A stretch of DNA of 24,000 nt from SAR116 cluster bacterium (GTDB lineage: Bacteria; Pseudomonadota; Alphaproteobacteria; Puniceispirillales; GCA-002684695). The DNA lies in NCBI GenBank assembly GCA_002684695.1, contig NYVQ01000066.1, positions 7,086-31,085 of the forward strand, read 5' to 3'. A program made the position numbers and the translations under genes. Below, piece by piece: positions 18,431 through 24,000 of this stretch; within the stretch, counting starts at the first letter, position 1; every line of letters starts with the position of its first letter. The notes under the pieces were generated by a model that saw nothing but the letters and a program-made list of their open reading frames with translations, was not told where the DNA came from and made no database searches.

Positions 18431-19195
18431 ATGTTACCCATGCAAGGTAGGTCTCCCATAATTAATGTATCTTCTAATGCATGTATTCTTGCAGGAAAAA
18501 AGCTTCTTAAAGATTTTTTAGAAATCGAAAATCTACAAGTTAGCAAAAAAGATACATCAAAGTTTTTTTCAATTACTTTGAAAAATCTTGAGAAAAGTCT
18601 CTTTGAAAGTTTAACCAAAGCAAGACCTGAATGGTTAATAAACCCTATCAATAATGAAGAGCGAAAAGATTCATGGGTGGTCAGTGTTATGTCTGGTAAA
18701 ATCAATTTTATTCATGGAATTCCTCATATAGCTATTTCAATAGCGTCACTTAACAATGGCAAAATAACTTCTGGATGTATATATGACCCAATTAGAAAAG
18801 AATTATTTTACTGTGAATTAGGAAATGGTTCATTTTTAAATGAAAAAAGAATAAGAGTTTCTGGAAGAGATAGTATTATAAAATCTATTATAAACTGTGG
18901 CTCTAATGAGTTTCCCTTAGATAGTATTAAGAGATTAAAATTATCTGGATCCCAAATAAGAATGTCTGGTTGCCCAGCTTTAGACTTAGCTTGGGTGGCA
19001 TCTGGTAGAATAGATGCATACTTGGACAAAATAGATTTATCAGAGTATATTGCAGGAATTATTTTGGTTAAAGAAGCTGGGGGATTTTGTACAGATTATT
19101 CAATGGGTGAAAATATTTTAGAGAAAAAAGAAATATGTGCTGGGAATCCATCTATGCATAATAATGTTATTAAAATTTTGAAAAAAAATCAGTGA
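18431..19195 (+). CDS. suhB: SuhB/inositol-monophosphatase-family protein with a degenerate active site (probable pseudo-phosphatase)
   Basis: 254-aa ORF that is colinear with SuhB. Matching blocks are ENLQVSKK, LTKARPE, INFIHGIPHIAISIA, YDPIRKELF, GNGSFLN, RIRVS, ALDLAWVASGRIDAY and VKEAGGFCTD. The catalytic motifs, however, are replaced (see findings). Confidence 0.85.
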   Translation: MLPMQGRSPIINVSSNACILAGKKLLKDFLEIENLQVSKKDTSKFFSITLKNLEKSLFESLTKARPEWLINPINNEERKDSWVVSVMSGKINFIHGIPHIAISIASLNNGKITSGCIYDPIRKELFYCELGNGSFLNEKRIRVSGRDSIIKSIINCGSNEFPLDSIKRLKLSGSQIRMSGCPALDLAWVASGRIDAYLDKIDLSEYIAGIILVKEAGGFCTDYSMGENILEKKEICAGNPSMHNNVIKILKKNQ

Positions 19196-19217
19196 AATTA
19201 TAAACTTCATCTTATTC

Positions 19218-19246
19218 CTGACACTTTTAAAAAATATGTATAAAAT
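19218..19246 (+). promoter_or_regulatory. Candidate promoter for the MotA/MotB-like pair (CTGACA-N17-TAAAAT)
   Basis: The -35-like CTGACA is at 19218-19223, the spacer is 17 nt, and TAAAAT is at 19241-19246. This would leave a very short leader before the ATG at 19258. AT-rich background makes this a weak call. Confidence 0.25.
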
Positions 19247-19257
19247 TTAGGCTTTTT

Positions 19258-20328
19258 ATGACAGATCCAAGAAAATACTTAATTAGAATGATAATGTTTA
19301 TAATTGTTGTTTTTGCAATAGTTATAATCCTGAATAAACCCCTAATAGATGCTTTTAATGCAAATACTGCTATAAATGGTCTTATTTCAGTAATTCTTCT
19401 AATTGGTGTTTTATTTTTATGTAGACAAACTATCAGACTTGTACCAGAAAAAAAATGGATTGAAAACATTCAAGATCAGAATAAGAGCCCCACTGAACCA
19501 GTGCTTTTAGCTCCTTTAGCTTATATGCTTGGAAAAGAAACAAGTTTAATTAATTTTTCAATTTCTGCCGCAGCTCTTCGATCTGTTCTTGATGGTGTAG
19601 CTGGTAGACTTGATGAAAATAGAGAAATTGCTAGATATTTAATAGGTTTGCTTATTTTTTTGGGGCTTTTAGGTACATTCTGGGGATTAATAGGTACGGT
19701 TAGCTCGGTTAGCAATGTTATAAGTGGACTAAATTTTGGCAATCAAGAAACAAGTCTAGTTTTTTCAAATTTACAAAAAGGACTTGAAACACCTCTTGAG
19801 GGAATGTCTACTGCATTTTCTTCATCTCTTTTCGGGTTGGCTGGCTCACTAATATTAGGTTTATTAGATCTTCAATTAGGCCAAGCCTCAGGAAGATTTT
19901 ATCAAGATTTAGAAAATTGGCTATCTTCGTCTGTTAAAATATCAAACAACCAATTATCTAACTCTTTTACAAACGAAAATATTAGTTATTCAGATAGCTT
20001 GACGGAAAGTTCTGCTCTACATTTATCTGAACTGGCATCTGCATTAACTACAATTGAGGCTGATAGGAGTAGATTATTACACCAAATCACTGAATTAAAT
20101 ACTCAACTAAGAAGGCTGGCTGATCAAATAGAAAATGAAAATTCTATTCAAAAAAAATTACCAGTAATTGAGGCACAATTACAAAGTATTTCTGAGGAAG
20201 CTCGTAATAATTATTCATCACAAATTGACATTATAAAACAAGAAACAAGATCTTTAGGGAATTCTATTAAGAAATCAAAAGCGCAAGAGGGGAATAAACA
20301 TAAAAATATTAAGTTAAGAGCTGATTAA
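19258..20328 (+). CDS. MotA/TolQ/ExbB-family channel protein, 4 TM, with a C-terminal cytoplasmic coiled-coil tail
   Basis: 356-aa ORF with hydrophobic segments at residues 8-26, 38-56, 125-148 and 183-207. FLGLLGTFWGLIGTV and GMSTAFSSSLFGLAGSLILG parallel the TolQ motifs in this same window. Residues ~245-345 are heptad-like and charged. Confidence 0.8.
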   Translation: MTDPRKYLIRMIMFIIVVFAIVIILNKPLIDAFNANTAINGLISVILLIGVLFLCRQTIRLVPEKKWIENIQDQNKSPTEPVLLAPLAYMLGKETSLINFSISAAALRSVLDGVAGRLDENREIARYLIGLLIFLGLLGTFWGLIGTVSSVSNVISGLNFGNQETSLVFSNLQKGLETPLEGMSTAFSSSLFGLAGSLILGLLDLQLGQASGRFYQDLENWLSSSVKISNNQLSNSFTNENISYSDSLTESSALHLSELASALTTIEADRSRLLHQITELNTQLRRLADQIENENSIQKKLPVIEAQLQSISEEARNNYSSQIDIIKQETRSLGNSIKKSKAQEGNKHKNIKLRAD

Positions 20329-21726
20329 ATGGCTATCTCAAGGAGTCGTATAAGTAGAACTGATAACTTGACATGGCCAGGTTTTGTTGACTCTTTAGCA
20401 GCACTTTTAATGGTAGTAATATTTGTGTTAATGATATTTAGTGTTGCCCAGTTTTACTTAAATCAAATAGTAAGCGGACAAGATGAGGCTTTGGTCGATT
20501 TAAATAAAGAAATTAGTAACCTTTATAATTTACTTCAAATTGAAAAAAATTCTAATAATGACTTAATGCTTCAATTTAATAAATTAAATACGGATTTCCA
20601 AAATATAAATAATGATTTAAATCAGGTGAGAGAAGAAAATGATGCTCTTTCACAACTAATTATGTCATTAAAAAGCTCGCTATCAGAAACTCAAAATCAA
20701 CTAAAAAGTGCTGAAAATAAAATCATAAGTCAAGAAGGTCAATTGAAAAATAAGGAAAAAGAAATCATTGAAATACAAAGGGTCAATAAACAAGAATATA
20801 AGGCTCTAGAAACCACAATAACTGAATTAGAAAAGAAATTAGCTTTAAGCCAAGATGAATTGGCATTAAAAATTGATGACATATTGAAGCTTGAAAAAAT
20901 CAAAACTAACCTTAAACTTGAAATTAATAATTTGATTTCAAATAATAAAGAGATAAATACTGAAATATTAAAAGAAAGAGATTATACAAAAACTCTTGAG
21001 GAAAAAATTGCCTCATTGAAAGATAAAGCCATTCTTACTCAGAAAGAAAATAAAAATAGTATTTCAGAAATCATTAAACTTAAAGCCAAGATCAATAGCT
21101 TAAAAATAGCTCTAACAGAAGTCAATTTGAAATTAAGCCAATTACAAGCTCTTTTTGAAAAACAGAAAAAAGAAGATGAAATAAATAAAATTGAAACTGC
21201 AAATCTTGGAAAAGAATTAAATTCAGCATTAGCAAGTAGAGTTAAGGAATTACAAAAATTTAGATCTGAGTTTTTTGGAAGGCTAAGCGAATTACTTGAA
21301 AATCGAGATGAGATAAGAGTTGTTGGAGATAGGTTTGTTTTTCAATCGGAATTATTATTTGAAAAAGGTTCAGCTAATCTAGGGGATAAAGGCAATGAAC
21401 AATTAGAGAAATTATTCATTACATTAGATGATATAGCTAGGACAATTCCAAATGATATTAATTGGGTTTTACAAGTTGAAGGACATACAGATAATATTCC
21501 TATAAAAACTGGAAAATACTCAGATAATTGGGATTTATCAACTGAAAGAGCATTATCTGTTGTAAGATTTTTGATTGATAAAGGCATTAAACCAAAGCGA
21601 TTGTCAGCTACAGGTTACGGAGAATTTCAGCCTCTAAATAATTTAGACAAAAATTTTAGCTTAGAAGAAATAAATAGTAAAAATAGAAGAATTGAATTAA
21701 AAATAACACAACGCATTATTAACTAA
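20329..21726 (+). CDS. MotB-like protein: TM helix with conserved Asp, ~280-aa coiled coil, C-terminal OmpA-type peptidoglycan-binding domain
   Basis: 465-aa ORF whose ATG abuts the upstream stop (TAAATG, 20326-20331). The N-terminal WPGFVDSLAALLMVVIFVLMIF resembles E. coli MotB WKIAYADFMTAMMAFFLVM, with Asp21 at 20389-20391. Residues ~50-330 are K/E/N/L/I-rich heptads. The C-terminal part, VEGHTDNIP...NWDLSTERALSVVRFL...ATGYGEFQP...NRRIELKI, is the OmpA_C/MotB signature. Confidence 0.8.
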   Translation: MAISRSRISRTDNLTWPGFVDSLAALLMVVIFVLMIFSVAQFYLNQIVSGQDEALVDLNKEISNLYNLLQIEKNSNNDLMLQFNKLNTDFQNINNDLNQVREENDALSQLIMSLKSSLSETQNQLKSAENKIISQEGQLKNKEKEIIEIQRVNKQEYKALETTITELEKKLALSQDELALKIDDILKLEKIKTNLKLEINNLISNNKEINTEILKERDYTKTLEEKIASLKDKAILTQKENKNSISEIIKLKAKINSLKIALTEVNLKLSQLQALFEKQKKEDEINKIETANLGKELNSALASRVKELQKFRSEFFGRLSELLENRDEIRVVGDRFVFQSELLFEKGSANLGDKGNEQLEKLFITLDDIARTIPNDINWVLQVEGHTDNIPIKTGKYSDNWDLSTERALSVVRFLIDKGIKPKRLSATGYGEFQPLNNLDKNFSLEEINSKNRRIELKITQRIIN

Positions 21727-21792
21727 TTTAAAAATATAGTTGCAGAAGAAATAAATTAGTTGTAAGTATTTTTTGATTTATATGAGGCAATA

Positions 21793-22011
21793 ATGAAAAA
21801 AGATATACATCCTGACTATCATGAAATTACTATAGAAATGACTGATGGTAGTAAATATAAAACAAGATCTACATTAGGTAAAAACGGACATCATTTAAAA
21901 TTGGATATTGATCCTAAAACACATCCGGCATGGACTGGTCAACATAGAATAGTTGATTCTGGTGGCCAAGTTGCAAGATTTAACAAAAAATTTGGTAAAC
22001 TTGGTATATAA
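21793..22011 (+). CDS. rpmE: 50S ribosomal protein L31 (Cys-less alphaproteobacterial form)
   Basis: 72-aa ORF: [27 protein letters not shown]...HPAWTG...[16 protein letters not shown] lies 6 nt upstream of the ATG. Confidence 0.95.
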   Translation: MKKDIHPDYHEITIEMTDGSKYKTRSTLGKNGHHLKLDIDPKTHPAWTGQHRIVDSGGQVARFNKKFGKLGI

Positions 22012-24000
22012 TTACATTTTTTCTTTAATTATTGAGTGTGCTGCTGCCAACCTTGATATTGGTATTCTAAACGGCGAAGCCGAAATATAGTCTAATTTAA
22101 TTTTTTCGAAAAAGTCTATAGAAACCGGATCACCTCCATGCTCACCACATACTCCAACTTTTAAGTTGCTTTTGACTTTCTTACCTTTCTTAACACCCAT
22201 TTCTAAAAGTGGACCAACACCCTTTATATCGATGGAAATAAATGGATCATTTGGAAATATTTTTGCCTCCAGATATTTATTCAAAAATGTTCCTATATCA
22301 TCTCTACTAATGCCTAGAGTAGTTTGAGTGAGATCATTTGTTCCAAAACTAAAAAAATCTGCAGAAGCAGCTAAATCATCTGCACATAATGCGGCCCTTG
22401 GCAATTCAATCATTGTTCCAACTAGATAATTCAAACTCTGATCTGAATTCTCAATTATTGATGAAGCAACTGAGTTAATAATATCCTTGCAAAACTTAAT
22501 TTCTGCTGATGTTGATGCAAGGGGAACCATTATTTCTATGTTAACTTTCTCTTTTATTTTTTTCTGAACATTGATTGCAGCTTCAAAAATAGCTTTTGAC
22601 TGCATTTCACATATCTCTGGATAACTTATTGCAAGTCGGCATCCTCTGTGTCCTAGCATTGGATTTGATTCGTGTAATCTTAAAGATTGTGTCCTAACTT
22701 TTTCAATATCTATACCAGTTGATGAAGAAAAAGACATCAAATCTTTTTCACTACTTGGCAAAAACTCATGAAGTGGGGGATCTAATAATCGAATTGTAAC
22801 TGGTAAATCCTTCATAATAGTAAAAATTTCTTCAAAGTCATTTCTTTGCATAGGCAATAATTTATCAAGGGCTATTTTCCGATCACTAATATCTTCAGCA
22901 AGGATCATTTGTCTCATTACATTTATTCTATCCTCATCAAAAAACATATGCTCAGTCCTGCATAAACCTATTCCTTCAGCGCCAAATTTTAGAGCAGTTT
23001 TAGCATCATTAGGTGTTTCAGCATTTGCTCTAATTTTTAATCTCCTTTTAGAATCAGCCCATAGCATTAAAGTTTCAAAACTTTTGGACATTTCCGGATA
23101 AACGGTTGATACAATACCAAAATAAACATTACCTGTAGTCCCATCAATTGTAATCTCAGTGCCTGATTTAACTTTTCTGTCAGCAAAGAAAACATATTTG
23201 TTTTTAAAATCAATACGAAGTTCATTTGCTCCAGTGATACAAGCCCTTCCCATCCCTCGTGCTACAACTGCAGCATGACTTGTCATACCACCTCTTGAGG
23301 TTAAAATTCCACTAGCAGCATGCATACCTGCAATATCTTCAGGACTTGTTTCTAATCTAACAAGAATAACACTTTCTCCTGCTGCAGCTAGTCTAACTGC
23401 CTCTTCTGATTCTAGAACAATTTTACCTGAAACAGCCCCAGGTGAAGCTGGCATACCCTTTAAAAGAAAATCAGCATCTACAGAAGTATCTAAAGCTGGA
23501 TGAAGTAATTGATTCAAACTTTCTGGTTCTACCCTAAGCAATGCTTCATCTATCGTAATTTTATTTTCTGAAACCATATCAACTGCAATTTTTATTGCTG
23601 CTTCAGCTGTTCTTTTCCCATTTCTTGTCTGAAGTAAAAACAATTTACCTTTTTGAATAGTGAATTCTATATCTTGCATATCGCCATAATGTTTTTCTAA
23701 AATGCTTCTACAATCATTAAGTTCATTGTAAATCTTTGGCATAACAGCTTCTAGGCTATTATTATCTAAAATATCTTGATCATTGTTTTTTGAAAGTGGG
23801 TTTGGGGTTCTAATTCCTGCAACAACATCCTCCCCCTGAGCATTTACTAGATATTCACCGTAAAAAGAATTATCTCCATTACTGGGGTTTCTTGTAAAAG
23901 CAACACCTGTCGCACAATCCTCGCCCATATTTCCAAAAACCATTGACTGAATATTTACAGCAGTTCCCCATGATGTTGGTATATTATTAAGTTTACGATA
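22012..24000 (-). CDS. ppdK: Pyruvate, phosphate dikinase, C-terminal ~662 codons (5' end runs off the window end)
   Basis: The track ORF begins at an internal Met (23943). The frame stays open to 24000: the complement of 23944-24000 reads YRKLNNIPTSWGTAVNIQS, followed by MVFGNMG. It carries the phosphohistidine motif TSRGGMTSHAAVVARGMG and a C-terminal PEP-utilising TIM-barrel (GLCRTEHMF, GTNDLTQ, CGEHGGDP). Confidence 0.95.
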   Translation of the reverse strand, partial: YRKLNNIPTSWGTAVNIQSMVFGNMGEDCATGVAFTRNPSNGDNSFYGEYLVNAQGEDVVAGIRTPNPLSKNNDQDILDNNSLEAVMPKIYNELNDCRSILEKHYGDMQDIEFTIQKGKLFLLQTRNGKRTAEAAIKIAVDMVSENKITIDEALLRVEPESLNQLLHPALDTSVDADFLLKGMPASPGAVSGKIVLESEEAVRLAAAGESVILVRLETSPEDIAGMHAASGILTSRGGMTSHAAVVARGMGRACITGANELRIDFKNKYVFFADRKVKSGTEITIDGTTGNVYFGIVSTVYPEMSKSFETLMLWADSKRRLKIRANAETPNDAKTALKFGAEGIGLCRTEHMFFDEDRINVMRQMILAEDISDRKIALDKLLPMQRNDFEEIFTIMKDLPVTIRLLDPPLHEFLPSSEKDLMSFSSSTGIDIEKVRTQSLRLHESNPMLGHRGCRLAISYPEICEMQSKAIFEAAINVQKKIKEKVNIEIMVPLASTSAEIKFCKDIINSVASSIIENSDQSLNYLVGTMIELPRAALCADDLAASADFFSFGTNDLTQTTLGISRDDIGTFLNKYLEAKIFPNDPFISIDIKGVGPLLEMGVKKGKKVKSNLKVGVCGEHGGDPVSIDFFEKIKLDYISASPFRIPISRLAAAHSIIKEKM

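Noticed and set aside
1759-21587. Track ORFs antisense to, or in alternative frames of, the called genes: 1759-2136+, 2649-2951-, 2669-2923+, 3788-3991+, 4465-4716+, 4541-4753+, 4922-5206+, 5908-6252+, 6481-6675+, 8819-9025+, 9455-9811+, 10108-10311+, 11891-12127+, 12882-13091+, 14507-14833+, 15182-15655+, 18400-18705-, 18808-19029-, 19227-19469-, 19521-19742-, 21342-21587-.
   Set aside because: Each lies wholly inside a longer ORF that has clear family motifs. Their translations are low-complexity or hydrophobic nonsense with no recognisable motifs and no SD or spacing logic. They are typical shadow ORFs.
19258-21726. Calling the MotA/MotB-like pair a Zorya (ZorAB) anti-phage system.
   Set aside because: No ZorC/ZorD/ZorE-like effector genes are adjacent; the flanks are suhB and rpmE. 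The A-subunit tail (~110 aa) is much shorter than ZorA tails. The long coiled coil is on the B subunit. The context is core genome rather than a defence island. I keep only the architectural analogy.
19258-21726. Calling the pair flagellar stator MotAB or a second ExbBD/TolQR set.
   Set aside because: There are no flagellar or TonB/receptor genes in the window. The ~280-aa coiled coil between the TM helix and the OmpA domain, and the coiled-coil tail on the A subunit, are not features of those characterised systems. The family assignment stands, but the specific function is not supported.
21721-21761. 9-bp inverted repeat (aactaattt / aaattagtt) overlapping the MotB-like stop codon, considered as a possible terminator before rpmE.
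   Set aside because: The stem has only one G:C pair (8 of 9 pairs are A:T), the loop is 23 nt, and the T-run is displaced. It would be too weak to call an intrinsic terminator.
1-24000. A search by eye for CRISPR repeats, IS/transposase or integrase genes, long direct or inverted repeats, and tRNA/rRNA genes.
   Set aside because: None was found. All ORFs of 60 aa or more are accounted for by housekeeping genes or their shadows, and the only sizeable non-coding gaps are the 6S locus, the tolB-pal spacer and the efp upstream region. The only tandem repeat is the 30-nt in-frame unit in tolA.

Overview
This is a visibly AT-rich (about 30% G+C by eye, not computed) and very gene-dense chromosomal segment. 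By my calls about 96% is protein-coding, and several spacers are 0-5 nt or are start/stop overlaps. Gene content and order are classic alphaproteobacterial core synteny.

Minus strand, 1-17708: serC (partial), then glmM-folP-ftsH-tilS, then cpoB-pal-tolB-tolA-tolR-tolQ-ybgC (a complete Tol-Pal cluster), then ruvB-ruvA-ruvC-yebC, then a YmdB-like phosphoesterase, 5-formyl-THF cyclo-ligase, a 6S RNA (not in the ORF track), zapA and a small coiled-coil ORF.

Plus strand: efp, a suhB-like gene, a MotA-like/MotB-like pair and rpmE. The 3' end of ppdK (partial) abuts rpmE convergently.

Composition and packing fit a streamlined marine alphaproteobacterium of the SAR11/Pelagibacterales type. That is inference and cannot be confirmed without a search. 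I found no mobile elements, CRISPR arrays, tRNA or rRNA genes.

Most of the window is ordinary housekeeping. Three things merit a second look:
1. An orphan, translationally coupled MotA/MotB-like stator-type pair. Both subunits carry long coiled-coil extensions, and there is no flagellar context.
2. A SuhB/IMPase-family protein whose canonical metal-binding Asp motifs are all substituted, so it is probably a pseudo-phosphatase.
3. An ~80-aa uncharacterised N-terminal extension on FolP.

Minor items are an intrinsic terminator between pal and cpoB, low-complexity insertions in Pal and CpoB, and a ZauP/ZapB-like mini-ORF coupled to zapA.
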